Positions 17,805-29,330 of a stretch of 64,000 nucleotides of DNA are shown one piece after another; the stretch's first letter is position 1; every line of letters begins with the position of its first letter. The notes beneath the pieces are model-generated. The model had not been told where the DNA came from. It saw only the letters and a program-made list of their open reading frames with translations, and ran no database searches. The translations under genes were made by a program, and so were the position numbers. The DNA is from Mageeibacillus sp. UBA5734. GTDB taxonomy: Bacteria; Bacillota; Clostridia; Saccharofermentanales; UBA5734. The stretch covers positions 4,586-68,585 of the forward strand of contig DIGA01000067.1 of assembly GCA_002419365.1 (NCBI GenBank). Reading direction: 5' to 3'.

Positions 17805-18673
17805 TTATTATAATCGAAGCCGTAGTCGACGGCAAAGGTCAATTCCGGCGCCAGCTGGGAGAGGCGATGCGCCAGATTGGGCAGGACGACCCGTTCGGTC
17901 ACATCATGGCCGGCATCCAGGGCGACGATTCCGCGCAGCGCCAGTTTCAGGCCGACATGGTGTTTGAGCTCGCCGGTGACAATGGCATCCACTTCCAGGT
18001 CCTGAAGTCGCTCCACCCAGCTTTCATCAAAGGAACCTGGGAACACCGCCAGGCGGTGCACCAGGGCAATCGCATCCGAGTTCTGGCGGACACCACTGCT
18101 TTCCAGACTGGTCCGGACACGGTCTTTGAGTTCACGGCTGTCCAGTGGCTCAAGAAGATCCAGTACGCGGCCGTGTCCTGTCTCGGTCTGGTCTGAGCTC
18201 AGAGGCTGTGCCACCAGGGTATTCTCCACCATGACCGGGAAAAAGACCACGCGGTCTTGTTCGGGCAGGTCGAGCGCATCGGCCAGGCAATCGGCTGTTC
18301 CTCCCGCTGCAGCGTCGAGATTGGTATGCAAAGCCAGCACGGCGATGTCTTTCTGGATCAAGGTCCGGATCAGGGACTGTTCTGCAATGTCTTCGCGCAG
18401 CGTCGACAAAGGAGAAAAAATCAGCGGGTGGTGGGCGATGATCAGATTGGCCTCGTTCATTTCACACAGCTCGATCGTCCGGTCCGTGATATCAAGAGTC
18501 ACGACGACCCCGGTGACCAGAGCATCCGGATCGCCGAGTAAAAGACCCACTTTGTCCCAGGATTCAGCCAGGGCAAAAGGGATCGCCTGGTCGATCTGTT
18601 CCACCAGGTCACCGAGGCGGATGTCAGGGCGTTGGCTGGAGTGTGCGTGTTCTGTGCCGTAATCTGGATTCAT
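17792..18673 (-). CDS. Nif3-like dinuclear metal centre protein (YqfO/YbgI family)
   Basis: ..WDKVGLLLGDP...LIIAHHPLIF...ALHTNLD.. I prefer the ATG at 18673 (MNPDYG..), which has SD GAGGGAGG. The ORF-track start is a GTG inside that SD. The last ~13 nt of the gene (including the stop codon) overlap the rnpB 5' end. Confidence 0.85.
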   Translation of the reverse strand: MNPDYGTEHAHSSQRPDIRLGDLVEQIDQAIPFALAESWDKVGLLLGDPDALVTGVVVTLDITDRTIELCEMNEANLIIAHHPLIFSPLSTLREDIAEQSLIRTLIQKDIAVLALHTNLDAAAGGTADCLADALDLPEQDRVVFFPVMVENTLVAQPLSSDQTETGHGRVLDLLEPLDSRELKDRVRTSLESSGVRQNSDAIALVHRLAVFPGSFDESWVERLQDLEVDAIVTGELKHHVGLKLALRGIVALDAGHDVTERVVLPNLAHRLSQLAPELTFAVDYGFDYNKVTF

Positions 18674-18690
18674 GGTTTGCCTCCCTCTTT

Positions 18691-19392
18691 TCACTCTGTT
18701 TCAGGGGTTCGATCGAGCCATTCATGAATAACAGCCATCACGTCAGTTAGTTCCGGCATCCTGCGGCTGGCTGACTGGACATGGCGGGCAACTTGCTTCA
18801 GATAGGGACCGAACAAGGGTGGTTTCTCCCGGAGCAGGACAGGACCCAGGACTGCCTCGGCCAGACTCATATCTGGGCGATCAATCGTATTGGATGGATC
18901 TGCCTTTCCTGGTACCGCCCGGATGATGACATAGATCCGTTCCCGGTCCTGGACCAGATCCTCCCAGTCGATCCGGTATTGATTGGCCACCAGCCACAGC
19001 CTCAGCTCCATGGCAGATTTTTGGGGTTGCAGGATGACCTGGCTGCAGGGCTCAGGCAATACAGCCAGGATATCGATCATTTCCAGTCCACCGAGGCCAG
19101 ACAGGGCCACGGCATCGTCCGGACCAATCTCATGACCTTGCAGGCCAGAAGTCACGGCCGTTTCGATCCGGTCAGACAGGCCGGCCCGGAGGATGTTGCG
19201 CCGGGCCACGGCGATCGGGCCTGGTCGGATGTCCGAAGCCACTGCCGACTGGCAGATGCCACGCCGGACCAGCTCAATCGGCAGAAAGGCATGGTCCGTG
19301 CCAATATCAAACACCCTCGCACACGGCGCAACAAGACTGGCGACCGCCTCGAGACGGGCAGACAGGACAGGGAGTCGCGGCTGTTTGTGCAT
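18691..19392 (-). CDS. trmK: tRNA (adenine22-N1)-methyltransferase
   Basis: 233 aa with the TrmK/YqfN motif VFDIGTDHAFLPIEL. It sits in the Firmicute sigA-trmK-nif3 synteny. Confidence 0.85.
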   Translation of the reverse strand: MHKQPRLPVLSARLEAVASLVAPCARVFDIGTDHAFLPIELVRRGICQSAVASDIRPGPIAVARRNILRAGLSDRIETAVTSGLQGHEIGPDDAVALSGLGGLEMIDILAVLPEPCSQVILQPQKSAMELRLWLVANQYRIDWEDLVQDRERIYVIIRAVPGKADPSNTIDRPDMSLAEAVLGPVLLREKPPLFGPYLKQVARHVQSASRRMPELTDVMAVIHEWLDRTPETE

Positions 19393-19413
19393 ACAGTACC
19401 GTAATGGACTGGA

Positions 19414-20481
19414 TCAGTCCAGATAGTCCTTGAGCTTTTTGCTCCGGCTGGGGTGGCGCATTTTACGCAAGGCTTTGGCCTCAATCTGGCGGATGCGTTC
19501 GCGCGTGACGTTGAATTCCTTGCCAACCTCTTCCAGAGTCCGGGTCCGGCCATCATCGAGACCGAAACGCAGGCGCAGGACCTTTTCTTCCCTCGGCGTC
19601 AGGCCCTTCAAGACTTCGAGCAGCTGTTCTTTGAGCAGGGTGAAAGCCGCCTGGTCGGCTGGTGATGGCGCATCGTCGTCGGGGATGAAATCACCCAGAT
19701 GGCTGTCCTCTTCTTCGCCGATCGGTTTTTCCAGGGATACCGGTTCCTGGGAAATCTTCATGATCTCACGCACTTTCTCCACCGTCATGCCCATTTCCTG
19801 GGCCAGTTCCTCAGCCTCGGGCTCACGGCCGAGCTCCTGGATCAGCTGGCGCTGGATACGGATCAGCTTGTTGATCGTCTCCACCATATGCACCGGAATG
19901 CGGATCGTGCGGGCCTGGTCGGCGATGGCACGGGTGATGGCCTGGCGGATCCACCAGGTGGCATAAGTGCTGAACTTGAAGCCTTTTTCATAATCGAACT
20001 TATCGACTGCCTTGATCAGGCCCAGGTTACCTTCCTGGATCAGATCGAGAAACTGCATGCCGCGGCCGACGTAACGCTTGGCAATGCTGACAACGAGGCG
20101 CAAGTTAGCGTTGCACAGGCGTTCCTTGGCATCCATGTCACCTTCCAGCATGGCCTGGGCCAGTTCTTTTTCTTCATCGGCCGTCAGCAGGGGCACCTTG
20201 CCGATTTCCTTGAGGTACATGCGGACTGGATCATCAACCCCAACACCCTCGATCGTGCTGATATCAAGGTCATTGTCCGACGCGGTGTCATCTTCGACGA
20301 CGGTGTCGGCAACGACTTCGACACCCATGGCTTCGAGACGGTCGAGGACCTTCTCGGCCTGGTCCAGATCAATGTCTGATGATTCGATCGCGCTCATGAC
20401 ATCCTTGTAGGAAATCTGGTTGTTCGAGGCGTGGGCTTTGTTGAGTAGCTCTGTGAGCAATCCTTGCTTTTTCTCTGCCAT
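19414..20481 (-). CDS. rpoD: Primary RNA polymerase sigma factor
   Basis: 355 aa with region 2 ([27 protein letters not shown]) and region 4.2 ([27 protein letters not shown]). Confidence 0.96.
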   Translation of the reverse strand: MAEKKQGLLTELLNKAHASNNQISYKDVMSAIESSDIDLDQAEKVLDRLEAMGVEVVADTVVEDDTASDNDLDISTIEGVGVDDPVRMYLKEIGKVPLLTADEEKELAQAMLEGDMDAKERLCNANLRLVVSIAKRYVGRGMQFLDLIQEGNLGLIKAVDKFDYEKGFKFSTYATWWIRQAITRAIADQARTIRIPVHMVETINKLIRIQRQLIQELGREPEAEELAQEMGMTVEKVREIMKISQEPVSLEKPIGEEEDSHLGDFIPDDDAPSPADQAAFTLLKEQLLEVLKGLTPREEKVLRLRFGLDDGRTRTLEEVGKEFNVTRERIRQIEAKALRKMRHPSRSKKLKDYLD

Positions 20482-20571
20482 GGTTGTGTGAGTCCTCCAA
20501 TAATTCTAAATAAATTGATCTGCTAGTGAATGATGGGTTTAGGTCTGTCTGGACTGGAAAATCCGGTGGTT

Positions 20572-22434
20572 TCAGCGTGTGCGCAGTTTCTGGATCTGCT
20601 GGTTGATGTCAAGAAGCTTTTTCCTGGCTTCGGCTGCTTCCGCCGGCTGATCTGGATCCTGGGCCAGGGCAGCCGTTTCCCTGAGCTGGCGGCGCAAGTT
20701 TTCCAGACGAATCGTGCGTACCAGTTCATGGATGGTCTTCAGGGGGTCCTGGCCAGCAAAGGTCTCATCCAGCTTCATGCTGGCTTTGGCCAGCAGATCG
20801 GTCAACAGCCGGCCGTGCACGACGAGGGCCTCCGACCAGAGCATCAGGCCACCACTGTCCACAGGCTTTCCGGAGTCCAGGTACTCAAGCAGCCGGCTGG
20901 CTACTGCCTGCATCACCCCGGCTGAGAAATCTGCTGCGACAGGCTTAGGCTCCAGACGTGTCCAGAGCGTGGGATGCTCGGCCAGAAAGCACAGCAAGTA
21001 GATCTCCTCGCGGGTGGCTTGCTGGCCAGAGGGCTGGGCCAGATCAGCAACCGGTGCAGCGTCTGGCTTTTTGCGGGCTGCCAGCTGCTGGTGCAACAAA
21101 TCTCCGGCCAGACTGGCTTCGCTACCTTCGCGGCGCCGTTCAATCTCGCGTACGACACTGTCGGCCGAAGCATGGAGCCATTCACTGACCTTGCCAGCGT
21201 ACAATTCCCGCACAATGGCATTGTCTTCCCTGGCCAGGATCGAGCATGCCTGGTCCTGGAATGCAAGGACATCGAGCTCGCCATGCACTGCGCAGGAACG
21301 GCGGGCCACATCGAGCTTGAAATCCAGAAGCGGCAATGCCTGGTCGACCAGGACCTTGAAACGTTCCGGACCGTGTTTGCGGATGAATTCATCCGGATCT
21401 TTGCCGTCTGGCACCCGCAGAACTGTAACTTTAAGCCCACGTGATGTCAGGATGTCCAGGCTGCGCAAAGCGGCGTTCTGGCCCGCTGCGTCGGCATCAA
21501 AACCGACAATCACCTGGTCGGTATACTTGCGGATCAGGTTGGCCTGGGCTTCGGTCATCGCTGTGCCGAGGGCAGCCACGGCATTGTCGATTCCAGCCTG
21601 GTGCATAGCCAGGGCATCCATGTAGCCTTCGACCAGGACCAGGCGCTTGTCGCTGCTGGACTTGGCCAGGTTCAGGCCATAGAGGTGGCGGCCTTTGGTA
21701 TAGAGCGGCGTCTCGGGCGAGTTCAGGTATTTGGGCTGCGAATCGTCAAGGACGCGCCCGCCAAAAGCGATGATCTTGCCCATAACGTCAAAGATCGGGA
21801 ACATCAGGCGGTTACGGAACAAGTCATAGTAGCCATCCGACTTGCCACGCTTGAACAGGCCGGACTGGCTGATCAACTGGGGATCATCGAGGCCCTGCCG
21901 GCGCAGATGCATCAGCAGGCCGTCCCATTCGTCGGGTGCAAAACCAAGGCCGAATTTCCGGGCGGTGCTGTCAGCGATGGCGCGGTCCTTCAGGTAGCGG
22001 CGAGCGACAGCGCCGGCAGGACTTTGCAGACTGTGATAATAGAAGCGGGCTGCCTCCAGGTAGATTTTCTGCAGAGTGGCGTTACGTTCGAGGCGTTCGC
22101 GATAGGCTGCGTCATCGGGTTCCGGCAGCTGAATCCCTACACGGTCGGCCAGGATTTTCAAGGCCTGGGGCCAGGTGCATTTTTCAATCTCGCGGATGAA
22201 TGTGATGACATTGCCGCCCTTGTGGCAGCCAAAGCAGTAAAAAATCTGCTTGCTGGGCGATACACTGAAAGAAGGTGTGTCCTCATTGTGAAAGGGACAC
22301 AGCCCGAACAGATTGGCACTGCTGCGCTTGTCAAGACGGACGTACTGCCCGACGACCGAGACAATATCGTTTCTGGACTTGACTTCTTCAACCAGTTCAT
22401 CTGGAATGGTGCGGTTTATACCAGAATTGCTCAC
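20572..22434 (-). CDS. dnaG: DNA primase
   Basis: 620 aa with a zinc ribbon (CPFHNEDTPSFSVSPSKQIFYCFGCHKGG) and a TOPRIM motif (LVEGYMDA). The GTG start overlaps the upstream stop (GTGA). Confidence 0.95.
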   Translation of the reverse strand: MSNSGINRTIPDELVEEVKSRNDIVSVVGQYVRLDKRSSANLFGLCPFHNEDTPSFSVSPSKQIFYCFGCHKGGNVITFIREIEKCTWPQALKILADRVGIQLPEPDDAAYRERLERNATLQKIYLEAARFYYHSLQSPAGAVARRYLKDRAIADSTARKFGLGFAPDEWDGLLMHLRRQGLDDPQLISQSGLFKRGKSDGYYDLFRNRLMFPIFDVMGKIIAFGGRVLDDSQPKYLNSPETPLYTKGRHLYGLNLAKSSSDKRLVLVEGYMDALAMHQAGIDNAVAALGTAMTEAQANLIRKYTDQVIVGFDADAAGQNAALRSLDILTSRGLKVTVLRVPDGKDPDEFIRKHGPERFKVLVDQALPLLDFKLDVARRSCAVHGELDVLAFQDQACSILAREDNAIVRELYAGKVSEWLHASADSVVREIERRREGSEASLAGDLLHQQLAARKKPDAAPVADLAQPSGQQATREEIYLLCFLAEHPTLWTRLEPKPVAADFSAGVMQAVASRLLEYLDSGKPVDSGGLMLWSEALVVHGRLLTDLLAKASMKLDETFAGQDPLKTIHELVRTIRLENLRRQLRETAALAQDPDQPAEAAEARKKLLDINQQIQKLRTR

Positions 22435-22997
22435 AGTCTATTATTCGACACGTCTGGTTCGTTTTCCTGCCCGGACTCTTCGTTTTTTTGTTCACTGGAC
22501 TGGTAGTGCGCCTGATGTTGCAAGTGGTGATGAACCGTCTGGCGGTTTTGCTCGATCCGGCCGGGATCGAGCCTTTTCCAGAAGGTTGCCGGAATGCCGG
22601 CGTACAGAGTCCTCGCTTCGACGATGGTACCCCCGGCTACCAGGGCACCGGCAGCGACCATGGCTCCGCGCTGGATGACAGCACCATCCAGGACGACAGC
22701 ACTCATGCCGACCAGGGCGTCGTCTTCAATGGTGCAGCCGTGCAGGATCACCCCGTGGCCGATGCTCACCCGGTCGCCGATCACCACTTTGTCATGGACG
22801 ACTGTCTGGTCCTGGATATTGCTCTGGGCTCCGATCACGATTGGCTGGACATCGCCACGCAAGATGGCGCCATACCAGATCGAACTCTGTGGACCGATGG
22901 TCACATCGCCGATCAGGGTGGCTGTTTCCGCAATGAAAGCAGATGGATCCACCAGCGGTTTCTTGCCCTGGTAGGCACGAATCAAAGGCTTATGCAT
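22431..22997 (-). CDS. Gamma-carbonic-anhydrase-like / hexapeptide-repeat protein (YrdA/PaaY family)
   Basis: 188 aa with left-handed beta-helix hexapeptide repeats (IGDVTIGPQSSIWYGAILRGD..) and a short polar C-terminal tail. Confidence 0.8.
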   Translation of the reverse strand: MHKPLIRAYQGKKPLVDPSAFIAETATLIGDVTIGPQSSIWYGAILRGDVQPIVIGAQSNIQDQTVVHDKVVIGDRVSIGHGVILHGCTIEDDALVGMSAVVLDGAVIQRGAMVAAGALVAGGTIVEARTLYAGIPATFWKRLDPGRIEQNRQTVHHHLQHQAHYQSSEQKNEESGQENEPDVSNNRL

Positions 22998-23037
22998 GGC
23001 AGCTCTCCTTTAAGGAATCGATGAACGGTTGAACTGT

Positions 23038-24390
23038 TCAGGTCTTTAGCCAGAGGGCGCATTCGAGACGCTTTTTCTGCAGCTGGCAGCTGATCGGATC
23101 TACCCCATTGACATGGCCATTGACATGCAGGCTGTTGGCTGCACAACCGCCGCTGCAGAAGTACTTGGCCCAGCACTGGCTGCATTCGGCTTTGTCCGGA
23201 ACCAGCAGCGAGTAAAATGGTAGCTGGACTACAGGATCGATCTGGACTGGTTGATTGTGAACATTGCCCATGCGGTATTCAGGTTCGCCGACAAACTGAT
23301 GGCAGGGATAGATGTCACCTTCCGGGGTCACAGCGATGTATTCAATCCCGACACCGCAGCCCTTGATCCGCTTGAAGGCACACGGGCCATGGGACAGGTC
23401 GAGCATGAAATGGAAAAAATTGAACGGCTCGCCTTTGGCTTTGGCCTGGCGGATCTCCATCGCCAGCTTCTCGTATTCGGCTTCGATGGCCGGCAGGTCT
23501 TCCGGCCGGATTTCGTAACCCACCCCTGCCGGGGCCACAACAGGTTCCATCGACAGCTGCTTGCCCAAGGACGCCAGATGCAGGACGTCCCCGGTGAAAT
23601 CGAGGTTGTGGCGGGTAAATGTACCACGCAGATAATAGTCCCTGTCGCCGCGCATTGCGATGAAATCCTTGAAATGCGGGGCGATGCGCTGATAGGAGCC
23701 TTTGCCACCCGCATCCGGCCTCATCCGGTCATGGACATCGGGGCGGCCATCCAGGCTGAGGACAACATTTTTGAAATGCTGGTTGATGAACCGGGATTTT
23801 TCCTCATCGAGCAGGACACCGTTCGTGGTCATGGTCAGACGCAGGATCTTGCCGGTTTCTGCCCCCCTTTTCTCGCAATAGTCGACCAGATCGACTACGA
23901 CAGGCCAGTTCAGGAGCGGTTCACCGCCAAAAAAATCGATGTCAAGGTTTCTGCGCGGGCCGGATGCCTCGATCAGAAAATCGATCGCTTTGTAGCCGGT
24001 TTCTGCATCCAGCATGGTGCGGTGGCCGGTACCGAAATCTCCGGTACTGGCAAAACAATACTCACAGCGCAGATTGCAGTCGTGGCAAATATGCAGACAC
24101 ATGGATTTGATGCGGGGCTGATCGGGATACAGCTGGTCCGGGGTGATGGATTTGGCTGCAGCAAACAAATCACCCCGGGCGATCAGTTCGTCGATGTCGT
24201 TGCAGCATTCCCGGACATCCGGGCCCAGACTGGCCTCGAGCTGTTGGATCTCGGTCTCTCCGGGGTGCTGTCCCTCATGCTCGATGTAGGACTCGATGAC
24301 AGCAGCGGAAAGGGCATCCAGCTTGTGCAGGGCGCCGCTTTCCGAATCGAAGGCGAGGGTGTCATTCTGGAATTTGAAAAGATGGACCAA
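23038..24390 (-). CDS. scfB: Radical SAM/SPASM thioether-forming SCIFF peptide maturase
   Basis: 450 aa with a CxxxCxxC cluster (CNLRCEYC) and C-terminal SPASM cysteines (CGVG..PCHQF; CSQCWAKYFCSGGCAAN). The TTG start at 24390 lies 6 nt after SD AAGGAG. It is directly downstream of the SCIFF precursor. Confidence 0.88.
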   Translation of the reverse strand: MVHLFKFQNDTLAFDSESGALHKLDALSAAVIESYIEHEGQHPGETEIQQLEASLGPDVRECCNDIDELIARGDLFAAAKSITPDQLYPDQPRIKSMCLHICHDCNLRCEYCFASTGDFGTGHRTMLDAETGYKAIDFLIEASGPRRNLDIDFFGGEPLLNWPVVVDLVDYCEKRGAETGKILRLTMTTNGVLLDEEKSRFINQHFKNVVLSLDGRPDVHDRMRPDAGGKGSYQRIAPHFKDFIAMRGDRDYYLRGTFTRHNLDFTGDVLHLASLGKQLSMEPVVAPAGVGYEIRPEDLPAIEAEYEKLAMEIRQAKAKGEPFNFFHFMLDLSHGPCAFKRIKGCGVGIEYIAVTPEGDIYPCHQFVGEPEYRMGNVHNQPVQIDPVVQLPFYSLLVPDKAECSQCWAKYFCSGGCAANSLHVNGHVNGVDPISCQLQKKRLECALWLKT

Positions 24391-24410
24391 GAGGATCTCC
24401 TTTGTACAAT

Positions 24411-24448
24411 GAAAAAGATAGTGGAAAGCCAGCGGCTATCCACTATCT
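24411..24448 (-). terminator. Hairpin plus U-tract between scfA and scfB (attenuator or partial terminator)
   Basis: On the minus strand AGATAGTGG (24448-24440) pairs with CCACTATCT (24424-24416). The loop contains an inner AGCC/GGCT stem. TTTTT follows. Confidence 0.55.
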
Positions 24449-24528
24449 CGCTGATTCAAATCAGACGGCAGGCAATAGGAACTCGGGAGCCGGGCAGATA
24501 TCCTGACAGCTGGCCAGGGTAGCTTTGC

Positions 24529-24675
24529 TCAGCGCTCGAAGGATTCGCAAGCCTGGTTGGCAACGGTGCAGCTCGTCTTGCAGGCGGACTGGCAAGATGT
24601 CTGGCATTCACCGCAGGCACTCTGGCCAGCAGAGACATGGATACAAGCTTCACTGATGGTCTGGATGTGTTTCAT
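24529..24675 (-). CDS. scfA: SCIFF ranthipeptide precursor (six cysteines in forty-five residues family), 48 aa
   Basis: Own codon-by-codon translation gives MKHIQTISEACIHVSAGQSACGECQTSCQSACKTSCTVANQACESFER*. It contains the hallmark CGECQTSCQSACKTSCTV core. SD AGGGGA lies upstream. It is not in the ORF track because it is under 60 aa; the listed 24456..24653 ORF is in the wrong frame. Confidence 0.9.
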   Translation of the reverse strand: MKHIQTISEACIHVSAGQSACGECQTSCQSACKTSCTVANQACESFER

Positions 24676-24731
24676 ACGTTGATTTCCCCTTCCTATATGA
24701 TCAAACGATATCGGATGTTGCGATCAAATGA

Positions 24732-25052
24732 TTATTCACTGACTGGCTTGATGACCGTGCTGACGGAAGCTTTCTTGAACGTGATCAGTGTATTGGCAAC
24801 GCTGGTCGAGATGGTGACTTCATCATCCTTGAGGTTGACGACCTTGCCGACAATACCACCAGCAGTGACCACTTTGTCACCGACGGCCATGGCATTGATC
24901 TGCTCACGCAGTTTCTTCTCCTTGGTCCGCTGGGGACGGATCAAAAGCAGGTACATCAGGCCAAACATCAAAACCAGTGGCAGCAAGGTGCCCAGCATGC
25001 CTGTCCAGCTGCCGGCGGCCGCATCGGTCATCGCGAATTTCACTAAATTCAT
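24732..25052 (-). CDS. yajC: Preprotein translocase subunit YajC
   Basis: ..LLPLVLMFGLMYLLLIRPQRTKEKKLREQINAMAVGDKVVTAGGIVGKV.. The ATG at 25052 is preceded by SD GGAGGAG. The ORF-track start is a TTG inside that SD. Confidence 0.9.
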   Translation of the reverse strand: MNLVKFAMTDAAAGSWTGMLGTLLPLVLMFGLMYLLLIRPQRTKEKKLREQINAMAVGDKVVTAGGIVGKVVNLKDDEVTISTSVANTLITFKKASVSTVIKPVSE

Positions 25053-25148
25053 GGTTATCTCCTCCAAAATCTGTCAAGGTCCAGCCAAATGGCCGGATTC
25101 CTGATGAGCTAAAACAGTTTAGCACGAGCGTTCGCTGCTGCGCAAGGA

Positions 25149-27390
<2,242 letters not shown>

Positions 27391-27411
27391 AGCTTGGCAT
27401 TATAGCGAGAA

Positions 27412-27441
27412 TTGACGGTAAAGTATAGCCGATGGTATCAT
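27412..27441 (+). promoter_or_regulatory. Candidate sigma-70 promoter for dapA-dapB
   Basis: TTGACG (27412-27417), 18 nt spacer, TATCAT (27436-27441). Confidence 0.4.
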
Positions 27442-27541
27442 GACACAAGGCTTTCCAGCCTTGGCCCATTGTTTGCCGCAGCATTTTTGCAAGAATACCA
27501 TCTGCTTCTTTCAAAATAAATCCTTCCTGGAGGACCACCTT

Positions 27542-28420
27542 ATGAAAAAGCCCTTGTTCCAAGGATCTGGTGTCGCCATTGTCACACCGTTTACCGAATC
27601 GGGTGTCCATTTTGATGCCATGTCTGAACTGTGTGAATTCCACATCCAGCATGGAACCGACGCCATCGTCGTCGCAGGTACCACCGGTGAAGCATCCACC
27701 ATGCCAGACGAAGAACATCTGGCGATCATCGCCCATGTGGTCCAGACTGTGCGCGGACGTGTCCCGGTCATCGCCGGCACCGGCAGCAATGATACCCATC
27801 ATGCCGTCGAACTCAGCCGCAAGGCCGCTGCCCTGGGCGTCGATGGCCTGCTGTGTGTGTCACCCTACTATAACAAAGCTTCCCAGGAAGGCCTGTATCG
27901 CCATTTCAAGGCCGTGGCCGAGGCAGTTGACTGCCCGATCATCCTGTATAACGTTCCCAGTCGCACCGGTATGAACATCAACCCGGAAACAGTCGCCCGC
28001 CTGGCAGAGTTGCCCAATGTCAACGGCCTTAAGGAATGCAAGCTGGAGCAAGTTCCAGAGATTGCCAGCCTGTGTGGTGACAAGATCAACCTTTACAGCG
28101 GCGAGGACACATTCGTCCTGCCGATGATGTCCTACGGTGGCAAGGGCGTTATCTCTGTTGTTGCCAACATTGTCCCCCAGCTGTGCCATGACATGGTCGC
28201 AGCCTATCTGTCCGGTGATGCCCCGGAAGCAACCCGGATCCAGACTCACCTGATCCCGCTGATCAAAGCCATGTTCTGTGATGTCAATCCCATCCCGGTC
28301 AAGCATGCCCTGTCGTTGATGGGCTACGCTGTGGGTGAATGCCGCATGCCTCTCTGCGAACCGAGTCCGGCAGCTTCTGCCATCATTCGCCAGGCCCTGG
28401 CTGACTACCAGCTGATCTGA
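27542..28420 (+). CDS. dapA: 4-hydroxy-tetrahydrodipicolinate synthase
   Basis: GSGVAIVTPFTESG...VVAGTTGEASTM...YNVPSRTG. The ATG at 27542 follows SD GGAGGA. The ORF-track start at 27440 is an extension. Confidence 0.93.
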   Translation: MKKPLFQGSGVAIVTPFTESGVHFDAMSELCEFHIQHGTDAIVVAGTTGEASTMPDEEHLAIIAHVVQTVRGRVPVIAGTGSNDTHHAVELSRKAAALGVDGLLCVSPYYNKASQEGLYRHFKAVAEAVDCPIILYNVPSRTGMNINPETVARLAELPNVNGLKECKLEQVPEIASLCGDKINLYSGEDTFVLPMMSYGGKGVISVVANIVPQLCHDMVAAYLSGDAPEATRIQTHLIPLIKAMFCDVNPIPVKHALSLMGYAVGECRMPLCEPSPAASAIIRQALADYQLI

Positions 28421-28476
28421 ACAGGCACAGCAACATTGGTGTCTTCACCGAAACCCTGCTAATTGAGGAGTCTATC

Positions 28477-29232
28477 ATGGCAATCCGTGTTTTTCTGAAC
28501 GGCTGCAACGGCCGCATGGGGCAAGTCATTTCCGGCCTGGCCAAAGAGAGCCAGGACCTGGAGATCGTCGCTGGCAGTGATCTGAACCAGTCGGTAACCC
28601 AGTCCTTCCCTGTTTTTGCCCAGGCCCAGGACTGCACGGTCGATTTCGATGTCATCATCGATTTTTCCAACCCAGCCGCCTTGCCGAACCTGTTTGAACT
28701 GATCCGCCGCACCCAAAAGCCGGCTGTGATCTGCACCACCGGACTGGAAGAATCCCAGAAAAAAGAGCTTGATGGACTGGCCCAGGCAAGTGCCATCTTT
28801 GTCTCAGCCAACATGTCACTGGGTGTCAACATCCTGATCAGCCTGGCCCAGAAGGCAGCAGCCATCCTCTACCCGGATTTCGACATCGAAATCATCGAAG
28901 CTCATCACCGTCAGAAAGTCGATGCACCCTCAGGCACTGCCCTGATGATTGCCGACGCAATCAACGAGACACTCGACAACCAGCTTGAATATACCTACGA
29001 TCGCTCCCAAGTCCGGCAGAAACGCGGTGACCGGGAGCTGGGCCTGCATGCCATCCGCGGCGGCACCATCGTCGGCGAGCACACAGTGCTTTTTGCCGGG
29101 GGCGAAGAAACCATCAGCATCCACCACAGCGCCCAGTCGCGCAATGTCTTTGCCCGTGGCGCCCTGGCTGCTGCCAGATTTTTAGCTGGTAAACCAGCTG
29201 GCCGGTACGAAATGAAAGACCTGATCGGCTAA
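28477..29232 (+). CDS. dapB: 4-hydroxy-tetrahydrodipicolinate reductase
   Basis: 251 aa: VFLNGCNGRMGQ...EAHHRQKVDAPSGTA... Confidence 0.92.
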   Translation: MAIRVFLNGCNGRMGQVISGLAKESQDLEIVAGSDLNQSVTQSFPVFAQAQDCTVDFDVIIDFSNPAALPNLFELIRRTQKPAVICTTGLEESQKKELDGLAQASAIFVSANMSLGVNILISLAQKAAAILYPDFDIEIIEAHHRQKVDAPSGTALMIADAINETLDNQLEYTYDRSQVRQKRGDRELGLHAIRGGTIVGEHTVLFAGGEETISIHHSAQSRNVFARGALAAARFLAGKPAGRYEMKDLIG

Positions 29233-29259
29233 GATTTCCAATCGTTCAATCAAACCATC

Positions 29260-29299
29260 CGAGGGGCTGATTCTAACAGAATCTGCCCCTCGTTATTTT
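29260..29299 (+). terminator. Intrinsic terminator after dapB (stem also usable from the convergent gene)
   Basis: CGAGGGGCTGATTCT-AAC-AGAATCTGCCCCTCG (15-bp stem with 1 mismatch), followed by TTATTTT. Confidence 0.65.
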
Positions 29300-29330
29300 C
29301 ACAAGATGTACCCGGATGGAACCAGTTGAT

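Noticed and set aside
17483-18196. 237-aa plus-strand ORF.
   Set aside because: Its 5' half is the antisense of RNase P RNA and its 3' half is antisense to the nif3-like gene. It is explained by those two features.
24456-24653. 65-aa minus-strand ORF from the track overlapping the SCIFF locus.
   Set aside because: It is the wrong reading frame of the same DNA. The frame starting at 24675 gives the canonical SCIFF peptide and has an SD.
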